In this document: positions 1-10,171 of the stretch, in pieces
Numbering within the stretch: position 1 is the first letter of the stretch
How the letters are laid out: every line of letters begins with the position of its first letter
NCBI GenBank assembly: GCA_017961285.1
Contig: JAGCXO010000037.1
Span: forward strand, 16,097 to 80,096
Direction of reading: 5' to 3'
DNA from: Alphaproteobacteria bacterium
GTDB lineage: Bacteria; Pseudomonadota; Alphaproteobacteria; RF32; CAG-239
Length of the DNA stretch: 64,000 bases
Program-made: the position numbers and the translations under genes
The notes under the pieces: model-generated
Told to the model about the DNA's origin: nothing
Database searches by the model: none
What the model saw: only the letters and a program-made list of their open reading frames with translations

Positions 1-60
1 GCTGCAATTATTAGCAACCAACCTCAAAAGACAAGAAAAAAGAAAAAAAGACTTGGACCT

Positions 61-2019
61 TTGGCTTCATATTGGTTAAACCTAATCTTTTTATTTCTTA
101 TCGGCTTTTCTCTCCTTGGTATAGATTTTATGCTCTACAACTCTACCGGAAGTGAAAATATCTTCAGTTCTTTCCCGATTTTGCGCACCGAAATTATAAT
201 TTCTCTTGTTACAATAGCCGTCTTATGCGGAATAATATATTTTTGTCTTTCCGGATTCACCATTTTATTGTGTATCTTAACCAGCGGAATTGCTTATATA
301 TGCTTTTATGCATTTCTAAGCCAGTTTGCCGACTTCTCAACTCTCACTGCCGTCGGTTATTCCTCTGTATATATCGCAGGTGTCGCCGCATTATTAGTCT
401 TTTCCCTCCTGTTTTTCAGCAACACCAAATTTCGCATCCTTCTAAGCTTTATAACTTTGGCAATTTTCTGTGCAGTAACATACAAATGCAATCGTAACTT
501 GCCGGAATTTTCTGTTGAAAATTATCAAACTGCAACGGCGGAAACACAAAACAAACAAAAAATCATCAATATTATGATACCAAACCTGCCTTCATACGCA
601 GTCTTAAGTAAATTAGAAGATCAAAACACCAACAAATTTTATCGCGATCAGTTAGTCTCCATAATGATGGGCTTCTACGCAAAGTATAACTTCAAATTAT
701 ATACCAACTCTTTCACAAAATCAGGCAATCCATATCTAAATGCCGCTGATAGTCTGAATATGACTTTGCCGGAGGATATATATGCAAACTTGCAAAACAA
801 ACTCATAAAAACAAACAGTTGGAACTTTGGACAACATAATAATTTCAATGTTTATCTGCAAAACTATAAATTACTCGATCTCTTAAAGAACGACGAATAC
901 AATATAAACGCATATCAGAGCAGCGGTATAAACCTTTGCCAACAAAATAATCTCAATGTTGTCAACCGATGTGTTACACAAAATACCTTTCCGTCTTTTA
1001 AGAGATATACAAAATCAATCAGCCCGCTTGAATATAGTGCTGTTTTGTTGCTAAATTGGCTTGAAAGCACAAAGTGGATGGAATGGTTGGCAAAACCAGT
1101 TTATCACAGTATCAACAGCATATTTTCTGCAGACAACATCCCGACAATAGGCTATAGCTACAAAAATATATCAGTCATCAATTCAATGCAAACCTTGAAC
1201 AAATTGTTTGAAGATATATCACAAGATCAAGGTAACAACGCTTATTTTGTTTTGCTGAATCTCCCTTCCGAAATGTTTTTATTTGACGATATGTGCCAAC
1301 TGAAAGATATGACATCTTGGCAAATAAAAAACAATCATCCATGGGCAAAACAAAACAACAACATGGAAAAACGCAGCGCCTATTTTCAACAAACTATGTG
1401 CTTATTTGGTAAATTAAGCCAGTTTATGCAAAATATTCAAAACATCGGAGCTCTCAACGACTCTGTTATCATCATTCAAGGACTTACCGGCATAGACGAC
1501 TTGCCCGAAAACGAAACCATGCTTGAAAACTTCTTAAACAGCCAAATGAGTCCTTTGGCCATTTATACTCCGGAAAACAAATCATTTTCCATCAACAAAG
1601 CGATATGTTCATCTCCAAGCATCATCAACCAATTCTTTACCGAAGAAAAATGCGTTGATTTTAACGGCACAAATATTGCAAAAACCACTCGCAATAATAT
1701 AATCAAATATCTTAGCCCGGTTACCTACAGCTCTGATAAAATTCAAAATTATTATCATGAATATATCGAATGGCTTCGCTCCTGGAACCAACAAAATTTT
1801 CAATCAACATTTTCTTCATCACAGCCTATATCTTCTGAGACAGAGCTGGAAATAATTCGTCCCAAAGCACAACTCATACCTTTGGAAGAAAAAACGATCA
1901 CAGAACAAAAAGTAATGGAAAAAACCGTGAATTCGGCTCCGGAACCAGAAGTTGAATCCATTTCAACTGCCGCCCAAAAGACCCCGCTCATAGAAGAGGA
2001 AAACATTGATAAACAATAG
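61..2019 (+). CDS. Hypothetical polytopic membrane protein with large hydrophilic C-terminal domain (possibly 5'-truncated by window edge)
   Basis: 652-aa ORF. The first ~150 aa form several hydrophobic helices and the rest is N/Q/S-rich and soluble. The frame is open back to base 1, so the true start may lie upstream of the window. It overlaps the downstream permease gene by 14 nt. The layout resembles membrane-anchored sulfatase/LtaS-type enzymes, but I could not see their catalytic motifs. Confidence 0.55.
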   Translation: MASYWLNLIFLFLIGFSLLGIDFMLYNSTGSENIFSSFPILRTEIIISLVTIAVLCGIIYFCLSGFTILLCILTSGIAYICFYAFLSQFADFSTLTAVGYSSVYIAGVAALLVFSLLFFSNTKFRILLSFITLAIFCAVTYKCNRNLPEFSVENYQTATAETQNKQKIINIMIPNLPSYAVLSKLEDQNTNKFYRDQLVSIMMGFYAKYNFKLYTNSFTKSGNPYLNAADSLNMTLPEDIYANLQNKLIKTNSWNFGQHNNFNVYLQNYKLLDLLKNDEYNINAYQSSGINLCQQNNLNVVNRCVTQNTFPSFKRYTKSISPLEYSAVLLLNWLESTKWMEWLAKPVYHSINSIFSADNIPTIGYSYKNISVINSMQTLNKLFEDISQDQGNNAYFVLLNLPSEMFLFDDMCQLKDMTSWQIKNNHPWAKQNNNMEKRSAYFQQTMCLFGKLSQFMQNIQNIGALNDSVIIIQGLTGIDDLPENETMLENFLNSQMSPLAIYTPENKSFSINKAICSSPSIINQFFTEEKCVDFNGTNIAKTTRNNIIKYLSPVTYSSDKIQNYYHEYIEWLRSWNQQNFQSTFSSSQPISSETELEIIRPKAQLIPLEEKTITEQKVMEKTVNSAPEPEVESISTAAQKTPLIEEENIDKQ

Positions 2020-3019
2020 GATAAAAGAAAAGTTTAAATCCAATAAAAGAGCCTATTGGGCAACAATAATCTTCGGCACTGTTATGATAATAAGTTTTTT
2101 GGCCGAGTTTATCGCCAACGACAAGCCATTATTGTTAAAATATAATAATAACTTTTACTTTCCCATTTTCAAAACCTATACCGACATAGACTTTGGCGGC
2201 GATTTTCCTACTCCTGCAGATTATCGTGATCAGTATATAGCCAATAACATCAAACAAAATGGCTGGATGATAATGCCGCTCATTCCATATTCATATAACA
2301 CCGTAGATTTTTTTCTTTCTACCCCCACACCATCAGCCCCCAACAAAAACCATTGGTTGGGAACCGATGACGAAGGACGAGATATTTTAGCACGCATAAT
2401 ATATGGGATAAGGCTTTCAGTTATTTTTGCCTTCTTATTGACTGTTATATCATCAATTATCGGCATAATATGCGGCGCTGTTCAGGGATATTTCGGCGGC
2501 AAAACAGACATTATTATGCAACGATTTATCGAAATTTGGGATTCGTTACCGCAACTTTTCATATTGATAATTGTTGCCAGCCTTTTTGCGCCGACATTTT
2601 GGAGCCTGTTGATTATTTTGCTATTTTTCTCTTGGACATCACTAACCGGTATGGTCAGAGCAGAGTTTATGCGCACCCGCAATTTTGAATATGTAAAAGC
2701 GGCTCGCATACTTGGCATAAGCAATTGGCGCATAATCTACCGCCATATTCTACCCAATGCACTTGTTGCTTCCATAACTTTTATTCCTTTCCTCATTTCC
2801 GAAGCCATTGTCGCTTTGACTGCACTTGATTTTCTTGGGCTAGGACTTCCTCAGGAATATCCGTCATTGGGCGATTTGGTCCGTCAAGGAAAAGACAATT
2901 TACAAGCTCCTTGGATTGGGATTTCAATATTCATTGTTCTTTCTACATTATTGACTTTGCTCATTTTTATAGGCGAAGGCGTCCGTGATGCTCTTGACAG
3001 CAGAAAGGAGCAAACATGA
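2006..3019 (+). CDS. yejE: ABC transporter permease, OppC/DppC/YejE family
   Basis: HWLGTDDEGRDILARIIYG motif and a BPD-transporter core (IEIWDSLPQLFILIIVASLF ... MRTRNFEYVKAARILG). TTG start. ATGA overlap with the downstream ATPase gene. Confidence 0.85.
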   Translation: MINNRIKEKFKSNKRAYWATIIFGTVMIISFLAEFIANDKPLLLKYNNNFYFPIFKTYTDIDFGGDFPTPADYRDQYIANNIKQNGWMIMPLIPYSYNTVDFFLSTPTPSAPNKNHWLGTDDEGRDILARIIYGIRLSVIFAFLLTVISSIIGIICGAVQGYFGGKTDIIMQRFIEIWDSLPQLFILIIVASLFAPTFWSLLIILLFFSWTSLTGMVRAEFMRTRNFEYVKAARILGISNWRIIYRHILPNALVASITFIPFLISEAIVALTALDFLGLGLPQEYPSLGDLVRQGKDNLQAPWIGISIFIVLSTLLTLLIFIGEGVRDALDSRKEQT

Positions 3020-4569
3020 CCATTTTGCAAGCAGAAAATCTGCAAATTTTCGTAGAAAACAACCGCTCTGTTGTCAACAATATCAGTTTTAACCTCACTA
3101 AAGGAGAAATATTAGGTATTGTCGGTGAATCAGGCTCGGGAAAATCCTTGACAGCCTTATCTTTACTTGGTCTGAAAAAATGCGCAAAACATAGTTATAT
3201 CAACATATTAGGCCACAAAATGAATAATGCGTCAGAAGAAGAATGGCGACAAATCAGAGGCAACAAAATAGGCTTTATTTTTCAAGAACCAATGTCTTCA
3301 CTAAATCCGCTGCATAAAATAGGGCAGCAAATTGCCGAAAACATCACAATTCATCAAAACATTTCTAAAAAACAAGCCCTGAAAGAAGCTCTCAATTTGC
3401 TCAAACTCGTCGGCATACAAAATGCTGCAGAGCGCATAAATGCATATCCCTTCGAACTCTCTGGCGGACAGCGACAACGCGTAATGATTGCCATGGCCAT
3501 TGCCAACAAACCCGATATTCTCATTGCCGACGAGCCGACAACCGCCCTCGACGTCACCGTTCAGGCACAAATTATAAACCTGTTACTCGATTTGCGACAA
3601 AAACTAAATATGGCAATAATTTTCATCAGTCACGACTTGTCTTTAATTAAAAAAATTGCCGATAATGTAATAGTGATGAAAGACGGAAATATTGTTGAAT
3701 ATGGAGATACAAATACAATCTTCAACCACCCCAAAAAAGAATATACTAAAACTTTAATTAATTCTATTAATAAATTGAATTTTAATAAAAAATCATCTAG
3801 TGATATTTTATTCCAAGCCCAAAATATCAACGTCTCTTTTATACTCAAAAAAAATCTATTTGGCCGCCCGACATCACAAATTATTGCCGTAAATAATATA
3901 TCTTTCAACCTTGCTCAAGGTGAAACTTTGGGCATTGTCGGAGAGTCTGGTTCCGGCAAAACAACTCTGGGCTTATCAATTGTCGGGCTAAACGATTACA
4001 AAGGGAAATTTTTATATCAAAATCAAGAAATTAGCGAAAAGAACCGGCATTTATTGAGACAACAAATTCAAATGGTTTTTCAAGATCCTTATAATTCACT
4101 AAATCCTCGTTTGACTGTTTTCGATATAGTCGGGGAGGGGCTTCGTGCCAATTTCCCAAAGCTCACCAAAGAACAACGCAAAAACAAGATAATATCCTCA
4201 TTAACTGAAGTTGGCTTAAGTCCTGAAGATCTATATAAATATCCGCACCAATTTTCCGGAGGACAACGCCAGCGAATTGCCATCGCCCGAGCTTTGGTTC
4301 TGGAACCCAAACTGATTATTTTAGATGAGCCGACATCAGCACTTGATGTCTCTATTCAAGCCCAGATTCTTACCCTATTGAAACAAATACAAAACAAACG
4401 TCAGATTAGTTATATATTTATATCACATGATATAAAAGCAGTTAGAGCAATTTCCGACAATATAATAGTAATGAAAGACGGCAAAATTATTGAAAAAGAT
4501 TCTGCCGAAAAAATTTTCAAGTTCCCCAAACAAGCTTATACAAAGCAATTGATAGAATCTGTAACATAA
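3016..4569 (+). CDS. yejF: ABC transporter ATP-binding protein with duplicated ATPase domains (YejF-like)
   Basis: Two Walker A motifs (GESGSGKS, GESGSGKT), two LSGGQRQR signatures and two Walker B motifs (ILIADEPT, LIILDEPT). AAAGGAG RBS upstream. Confidence 0.9.
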   Translation: MTILQAENLQIFVENNRSVVNNISFNLTKGEILGIVGESGSGKSLTALSLLGLKKCAKHSYINILGHKMNNASEEEWRQIRGNKIGFIFQEPMSSLNPLHKIGQQIAENITIHQNISKKQALKEALNLLKLVGIQNAAERINAYPFELSGGQRQRVMIAMAIANKPDILIADEPTTALDVTVQAQIINLLLDLRQKLNMAIIFISHDLSLIKKIADNVIVMKDGNIVEYGDTNTIFNHPKKEYTKTLINSINKLNFNKKSSSDILFQAQNINVSFILKKNLFGRPTSQIIAVNNISFNLAQGETLGIVGESGSGKTTLGLSIVGLNDYKGKFLYQNQEISEKNRHLLRQQIQMVFQDPYNSLNPRLTVFDIVGEGLRANFPKLTKEQRKNKIISSLTEVGLSPEDLYKYPHQFSGGQRQRIAIARALVLEPKLIILDEPTSALDVSIQAQILTLLKQIQNKRQISYIFISHDIKAVRAISDNIIVMKDGKIIEKDSAEKIFKFPKQAYTKQLIESVT

Positions 4570-4681
4570 TGTTATTTGTATCTTATTCTAATTAACTTTA
4601 TTTTAATAAATAGCTAATAATCTAGCAAAGTCTGGCAGTCATAAGACGTGCCAAAACATTAACTAAAAAAGGAGATATCTC

Positions 4682-5488
4682 ATGAACTTTAAGACTATGC
4701 TTTTAGGCACCGCTGCCGCTACTTTAATTGCTGGCGTTGCTAATGCAAAAGATTTTACTGGTTCTTTATTCTTGCCTTCTAAAGGCGAAATTTTATCAAC
4801 AACAACTGCTGGTTACAACAGAGAAACAACAAAACACGGTTGGTGGGCAGATGAAGATTTTGCTGCTGCTGAAGAATTAACCTATGGTGTTACCGACAAT
4901 TTCGCTGTATATGGCAGAATTTCTAACAACTTTGATTTCAAGAGATTAACAAATCGTAATTACAACAACGAGCATAACTTTGCATATGCTTTGGGTGCAA
5001 AATACAACCACAATTTTGGTAAAGTTTTGACACAAATCGGTGCTGAATATTTCACAGCTCAAGAAGCAAGCTGGTATGGTCATAAAGGAAACTCCAGCGA
5101 GTGGACTAAAGCTGTAGAAGTTGAAGCTCAAGTTGGATACGATATGGGCGACGGCTTAACTCCATACGTAAAAGCTACTGCAGCTTCTATTATCGACGAC
5201 AGAGATCGTGATATGGAATACAGCGTATTCGCCGGCGTTCACAAAACATTCGCTTGCGACAAAATGTCTGCTGACCTCGGTGTTCGTTATGAATTCACAA
5301 CAGACAATGGTCCTTGGGGATACAATGGTCATAATACCAATGATTGGTACTTACAAGGTGAAGTTAACTACTTCGTAACAGACAATGTTGCTGTTGGCGT
5401 ATTTGGTGACTATTATCTCGATGGAACAAAATCTCATTGGGTTGACTATGACTACACAGTTGGTGTTAACTTGAGAGTATTGTTCTAA
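4682..5488 (+). CDS. Outer-membrane beta-barrel protein (porin-like)
   Basis: Signal peptide MNFKTMLLGTAAATLIAGVANA. Alternating aromatic/Gly-rich strands and a C-terminal ...NLRVLF typical of OMPs. AAGGAGA RBS. Confidence 0.7.
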   Translation: MNFKTMLLGTAAATLIAGVANAKDFTGSLFLPSKGEILSTTTAGYNRETTKHGWWADEDFAAAEELTYGVTDNFAVYGRISNNFDFKRLTNRNYNNEHNFAYALGAKYNHNFGKVLTQIGAEYFTAQEASWYGHKGNSSEWTKAVEVEAQVGYDMGDGLTPYVKATAASIIDDRDRDMEYSVFAGVHKTFACDKMSADLGVRYEFTTDNGPWGYNGHNTNDWYLQGEVNYFVTDNVAVGVFGDYYLDGTKSHWVDYDYTVGVNLRVLF

Positions 5489-5509
5489 TTTGAATAAATA
5501 CCTATGATT

Positions 5510-5550
5510 TTAAGCCCCCTTGATTATTTTATAAGGGGGCTTAATTTTTG
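5510..5550 (+). terminator. Rho-independent terminator
   Basis: AAGCCCCCTT (5512-5521) pairs with AAGGGGGCTT (5533-5542), followed by AATTTTTG. Confidence 0.85.
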
Positions 5551-5564
5551 AAAGAAAAAAAGAA

Positions 5565-6326
5565 ATGAATGATATTTGGCAAGAACGTAAAAAACAAAAC
5601 GCAATCCGCGCATACAAAAAAGCAACCCTCAAAAAAAACATTACGAAGGCAGTAATACTAATCATAATTCTCAACTTCTTATTTCCACAATATATAAAAA
5701 GAGTAACATATCCTTTTTTGTTTGGGCATAATTCCACAGAACCAATGCAAATATCCAACGAAGATTCTTTTCAAGATATTACGTCAGCACCAATTACATT
5801 CAAGAAATCAGGCTATTCTTATATATTACAACCAAAAGTAAAATACTCGGTAACAGGAAGAGTAGGGTATGTCGATGCCTACGACACCCTATGGAACAAA
5901 TTTTATCGCGGCCACTCACAACATCGATATATAAACCTTGTTCCCAAAGACATATTTTTAGTTATCGGAAGCATGGCTAAGCCAGAAATTTTCTCTATGT
6001 TCAAATTTGAGCACGAAGAGCGGGGCGGAAGCATAAGTTGCAAGGGAGCAAAATATCATTGCTACCCCCATATAAAACAAGCCGAACTAAACAATTATCA
6101 TCCCATACCGGCAACATCAAAAATCAATCTCGGGCTCAGCACACTTTTACCAAACGACATTCTTTATATGGAAGGCTATCTTGTAGACGTTCCGCAAATG
6201 GGGTTGAGCACCGGCACAAGAAAAGAGCAAACTCACTCTAATATAATAATGAACGGCTACAACCCCGGCAAATGTTTCGTTCTATACACCACCAAAATAA
6301 TAATAAATGGTGTTATTTACGAATAA
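5565..6326 (+). CDS. Hypothetical protein with N-terminal membrane anchor
   Basis: 253-aa ORF with a basic N-terminus followed by one hydrophobic helix (AVILIIILNFLF). No family recognised. Confidence 0.55.
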   Translation: MNDIWQERKKQNAIRAYKKATLKKNITKAVILIIILNFLFPQYIKRVTYPFLFGHNSTEPMQISNEDSFQDITSAPITFKKSGYSYILQPKVKYSVTGRVGYVDAYDTLWNKFYRGHSQHRYINLVPKDIFLVIGSMAKPEIFSMFKFEHEERGGSISCKGAKYHCYPHIKQAELNNYHPIPATSKINLGLSTLLPNDILYMEGYLVDVPQMGLSTGTRKEQTHSNIIMNGYNPGKCFVLYTTKIIINGVIYE

Positions 6327-6338
6327 ATAACACCATTT
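6309..6338. terminator. Hairpin between convergent genes (stop codon inside the 3' arm)
   Basis: GGTGTTATTTA (6309-6319) pairs with TAAATAACACC (6324-6334). The T-tracts on either side are weak. Confidence 0.5.
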
Positions 6339-6369
6339 GACAGTTATAATATAATTACAAAGCTTAATT

Positions 6370-7362
6370 TCAGCCTCTTGCCGAAATTATTTCATGCATT
6401 TTTTTCTTATATTGTGTTTCTTTCCCTGCTTTAGCTTTGGCTTTGCGGGTTTCTTTCCTTTTTTCTTCCTTTATCTTTTTATCTTCGGCATTTTTTTGCT
6501 CTTTTTGAATTTTATCATTATGTGCCTTTATCTTCACATCAAAAGTGCGCTCGGCAGCCTCGGCAATTTCTCGCCTTGCCATAACTTCGGCAAATTCTAC
6601 GGAAGAAACATCAAAAGCTTGCGCAGCAGCGATTGATTTTTCATTATAAATATCCATAAATTTATTAACTGCCGGATCGCCTTTAACTCCCATAACTCTT
6701 GATTTCATCGGCTCATTAGGAATATTTTTTGCCATCTCGGTAAAATCTTTTCTATGTCTTCTTAAATGATCTTTATCAAAAAAATCATGCAAAAGTTTCT
6801 TTGTAGAGCGCAGAGAATCTCTACCATAAATTTTATCCATCATTTTACCGAAAACACCACGTCCTGGTTCCTTAATATCTTCATAAGAATCACCTTTACC
6901 GATGGTGCCCAAGACCTCTTTGGCATATTTCACAACAGCAGCATATCTTTTCCCAGATTTATCTTCATTATAAGCATCTGCCAAATCGTATGTAAGCTGT
7001 CTTGCCAAATCTCCCATATAAATATTATGAGTCTGAGCTTCCTTTGCCTGTTTCAACTTTTCAAAACCGGCATCATATTCATCTTTAGAAACCATATCAT
7101 ATCCTGATAAAAGCTTTTTCTTCATTTTTTGAATTTCTGCCGGCTCATAATATTTATCTTTATCAAGCTTAACATCAATATTTTTACGATTAGCAAATAC
7201 ATCATACAATTCCGGATTATCATCGCGGGAGAGGGTAACTGATAGCAAATCATCAATACCATGCACCTGAAATTCGATAGCATCTTTCGAATATTGTTTT
7301 CGTATTGGGCGCTTAGAACCATACGCAAAATCATTCAATCTTTCTCTAGTTTTTGTAACCAT
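6370..7362 (-). CDS. Hypothetical highly charged protein with Lys/Arg-rich C-terminal tail
   Basis: 330-aa ORF with an AGGAGT RBS and no signal peptide. The C-terminal ~50 aa read KIQKEQKNAEDKKIKEEKRKETRKAKAKAGKETQYKKK. No family recognised. Confidence 0.6.
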   Translation of the reverse strand: MVTKTRERLNDFAYGSKRPIRKQYSKDAIEFQVHGIDDLLSVTLSRDDNPELYDVFANRKNIDVKLDKDKYYEPAEIQKMKKKLLSGYDMVSKDEYDAGFEKLKQAKEAQTHNIYMGDLARQLTYDLADAYNEDKSGKRYAAVVKYAKEVLGTIGKGDSYEDIKEPGRGVFGKMMDKIYGRDSLRSTKKLLHDFFDKDHLRRHRKDFTEMAKNIPNEPMKSRVMGVKGDPAVNKFMDIYNEKSIAAAQAFDVSSVEFAEVMARREIAEAAERTFDVKIKAHNDKIQKEQKNAEDKKIKEEKRKETRKAKAKAGKETQYKKKMHEIISARG

Positions 7363-7461
7363 ATTAAATACTCCTGTTAAAGTTATGAAAGTATATTAAA
7401 ACTATTTTATTAAGAAAAAGATAATAACAAAACACAAAAACACATATAAAATCACACACCA

Positions 7462-7487
7462 AAAGGGAAAATAAGTATTCCCTTTCA
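7462..7487 (-). terminator. Possible terminator of the rfb operon
   Basis: AAAGGGAA/TTCCCTTT 8-bp stem with an 8-nt loop. The T-tract is short. Confidence 0.4.
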
Positions 7488-7544
7488 TACTTATTATATT
7501 TGTCGCATAATCGATATTATGTATAGTTATGGATTTAAAAACCT

Positions 7545-8333
7545 TTAATTTTCAATTTTTAGCAAAAATTCAAAATCATCCGCCCACGGCTTTATTTCAA
7601 CAGGCAATCCTCGTCCGGTTTCCATTGTAATATAAGCATTATTCGACGTATAATCATTCAAAAAATGTTCCAACGGATAATTTCCTTTACCATAGTGCAA
7701 ATGCTTATCATCAATTTCATCAACCAGACCATCACATAAATGATAAACATCAGGTTTTAAGTCAAAAAATCCTTGTAATTGTTTTTCAACATCAAGTCCA
7801 AGCGAATTTGCCGCACATAAAGCATGTGAAAAATCAAAACAAAAACCGCAACCGCAATTTTCTTTTATAAAAGCAATCTCTTCCGGCGTATTTCCAGAAA
7901 GTTTGAGGCCCTCTTCCGCCACAACCGGCAAATTTTCGACCACTATACGTTCATCATCAAACAGCCTAAATTGCCTTACTGTCTCTTTCAGCGGGGCATT
8001 TTCCTTCCTGCAACCGGCATGCACAACAACAGTTTTTGCATTTAACAAATCGGCCACAAATTGAACATTTTCAAAAATCTTACGATTGCTGGCTTCAAGT
8101 TCCCTATTTCCAACATCAAAATTCATCATATGATGCGGCGCATGGAGCCTGACTTCAACACCTTTCAGCCTCAATTTCAATTTTTCAAAATCCTCAGCCG
8201 CCGTATTTGGAACAACCATCAATTCTATAAACATTCTATCTCTATGCTCAAAAACAAATTTTATACTCTCATCCAAAACCCTTGGATTATCATGCAGATT
8301 TGAGCTAAACAATTTAAATCCATATTTACGCAT
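7545..8333 (-). CDS. Xylose-isomerase-like TIM-barrel protein (sugar phosphate isomerase/epimerase or AP-endonuclease-2 fold)
   Basis: The pattern ...VRLHAPHH...TVVVHAG...VVENL...FCFDFSHA... resembles the metal-binding strands of this fold. The start overlaps the rfbB stop by 8 nt (ATGCGTAA). Confidence 0.6.
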   Translation of the reverse strand: MRKYGFKLFSSNLHDNPRVLDESIKFVFEHRDRMFIELMVVPNTAAEDFEKLKLRLKGVEVRLHAPHHMMNFDVGNRELEASNRKIFENVQFVADLLNAKTVVVHAGCRKENAPLKETVRQFRLFDDERIVVENLPVVAEEGLKLSGNTPEEIAFIKENCGCGFCFDFSHALCAANSLGLDVEKQLQGFFDLKPDVYHLCDGLVDEIDDKHLHYGKGNYPLEHFLNDYTSNNAYITMETGRGLPVEIKPWADDFEFLLKIEN

Positions 8334-9336
8334 TTTGCAAATACCACTCCACGGTTTTTACAATTCCGCTAGCAAAATTTTCGTCGGCTTTCCATTGCAA
8401 TTGCTCTGTCAACTTGGTTGCATCAATCGCATATCTCTTATCATGCCCCGGTCTGTCCTTTACAAAAACTACCAAATCTTTGTAATGTTTTCCGCTAGCC
8501 CGTGGTCTTTTTTGATCCAATATCGAGCAAATTGCATCAACAATCTCAAGATTATTTTTCTCATTATGCCCGCCGATATTATAAGTTTCACCGCTTTTAC
8601 CATTGTGATAAATTAAATCAATAGCCTTACAATGATCAAGAACATACAGCCAATCACGAACATTTTTCCCATCACCATAAATCGGTATATCCTTTCCGTT
8701 CAATGCATTGGAAATAATCTTTGGAATCAGCTTTTCCGAATGCTGCTTAGGTCCGTAATTATTGGAACAATTTGAAACCGTAACATTCATTCCGTATGTG
8801 CGGTGATATGCCCGAACAATCATATCCGAAGAAGCTTTTGATGAAGAATAAGGTGAACTGGGATCATATGGAGTTTTTTCCGTAAAATAGCCGGTATCTC
8901 CCAAAGCGCCATAAACTTCATCTGTAGAAATATGATGAAAACGGCAATCTTCATACCCTGCCCTAAACTGATACGGAGCAGTCATCCAGTAGTTGCGCGC
9001 AACATCCAAAAGAGTAAAAGTTCCCAAAACATTTGTTTCAATAAATGCCTGCGGACCGGTAATTGAATTATCTACATGGCTCTCAGCCGCAAAATGAACA
9101 ACTCCTCTTATATCATAATCCTTAAACAATTTTTCTACCAATGCGCGATTGCAAATATCACCTTTTACAAAGGCATAATTTTCAGCATTTTCACATTCTT
9201 TAAGGTTATCCAGATTGCCGGCATATGTCAACTTATCAAGATTGATAATTTCATATTCCGGATATTTTGCCACCATGTAAGGTATAAAATTAGAGCCGAT
9301 AAACCCAGCTCCACCGGTAACCAAAATCGATTTCAT
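8326..9336 (-). CDS. rfbB: dTDP-glucose 4,6-dehydratase
   Basis: MKSILVTGGAGFIGSNF Rossmann start, YSSSKASSD catalytic YxxxK, and the DRPGHDKRYAID motif. I chose the internal ATG at 9336 rather than the 21-codon extension in the ORF track. Confidence 0.93.
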   Translation of the reverse strand: MKSILVTGGAGFIGSNFIPYMVAKYPEYEIINLDKLTYAGNLDNLKECENAENYAFVKGDICNRALVEKLFKDYDIRGVVHFAAESHVDNSITGPQAFIETNVLGTFTLLDVARNYWMTAPYQFRAGYEDCRFHHISTDEVYGALGDTGYFTEKTPYDPSSPYSSSKASSDMIVRAYHRTYGMNVTVSNCSNNYGPKQHSEKLIPKIISNALNGKDIPIYGDGKNVRDWLYVLDHCKAIDLIYHNGKSGETYNIGGHNEKNNLEIVDAICSILDQKRPRASGKHYKDLVVFVKDRPGHDKRYAIDATKLTEQLQWKADENFASGIVKTVEWYLQNA

Positions 9337-9337
9337 T

Positions 9338-10171
9338 TTACATTCTCTCCATATTTTTAATACATTCCTGCAAAGCCTGTTGCCAATGGCGATTTTCAAC
9401 TCCGCATTTTGCTCTAATCTTTGCCTTATTCAAAACTGAATAAAAAGGACGTGTTGCTTTTGTCGGATATTGTGAACTCTCAATTGGCAATATATTACAC
9501 TTCAAATTAGATTTTTTCATAATATCCACGGCAAAATCATACCAAGAACAAACCCCCTCATTTGAAAAATGATAAACTTCCTTTGTTCCGGTCTTTATTT
9601 GTGGCAAAATATTGACAATTGCCTGCGCCAAATCTTTTGCATAAGTAGGTGTTCCGACTTGGTCAAATACCACATTCAAACTATCTTTTTCTGCACCAAG
9701 TCTACGCATAGTTTTAACAAAATTATTACCGAATTCCGAATATAACCAAGCCGTTCGAATAATCACCGCCGTATCAGCAACCTCAAGAACAGCCTGCTCT
9801 CCGGCAAGCTTTGTCCGCCCATAAGCAGATTTTGGATTTGGAACATCATCTTCTTTGTATGGAACACAACTTCTTCCGTCAAAAACATAGTCGGTAGAAA
9901 TATGCACCAATGGAACTCCTGTTAAAGCTAAATTTTTCGGTCCTTCTACATTAATTTTATAAGCCAAATCCTCTTCATCCTCAGCATTATCCACTGCCGT
10001 ATAAGCCGCACAGTTAATAACCGCTTGATATTTTTCAGGCTTTACAAAACTTAAAACCACCTGTTTATCGGTAATATCAAGCTCTTCTTTATCAACGTAT
10101 TCGGCCTTATCTTGCAACAACAACCGCAATTCATTACCAAGCTGCCCGTTAGCACCAACAACTAAAAACAT
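9338..10171 (-). CDS. rfbD: dTDP-4-dehydrorhamnose reductase
   Basis: GANGQLG Rossmann motif, STDYVFDG, and YGRTKLAGE (YxxxK). Confidence 0.9.
   Translation of the reverse strand: MFLVVGANGQLGNELRLLLQDKAEYVDKEELDITDKQVVLSFVKPEKYQAVINCAAYTAVDNAEDEEDLAYKINVEGPKNLALTGVPLVHISTDYVFDGRSCVPYKEDDVPNPKSAYGRTKLAGEQAVLEVADTAVIIRTAWLYSEFGNNFVKTMRRLGAEKDSLNVVFDQVGTPTYAKDLAQAIVNILPQIKTGTKEVYHFSNEGVCSWYDFAVDIMKKSNLKCNILPIESSQYPTKATRPFYSVLNKAKIRAKCGVENRHWQQALQECIKNMERM

Noticed and set aside
6337-6342. TTGACA box just after the 6309-6334 hairpin, considered as a plus-strand promoter.
   Set aside because: No plus-strand gene follows it (the next gene is on the minus strand), and no suitably spaced -10 element was found.
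9337-9399. 21-codon N-terminal extension of rfbB given in the ORF track. Similar extensions occur for rfbC, folD, ybeY, metK, trmB, the second TerB-like gene, the MazG-like gene and the second permease.
   Set aside because: Internal ATGs coincide with the canonical family N-termini (for example MKSILVTGGAGFIG). They also have better RBS placement or stop/start coupling with the upstream gene.
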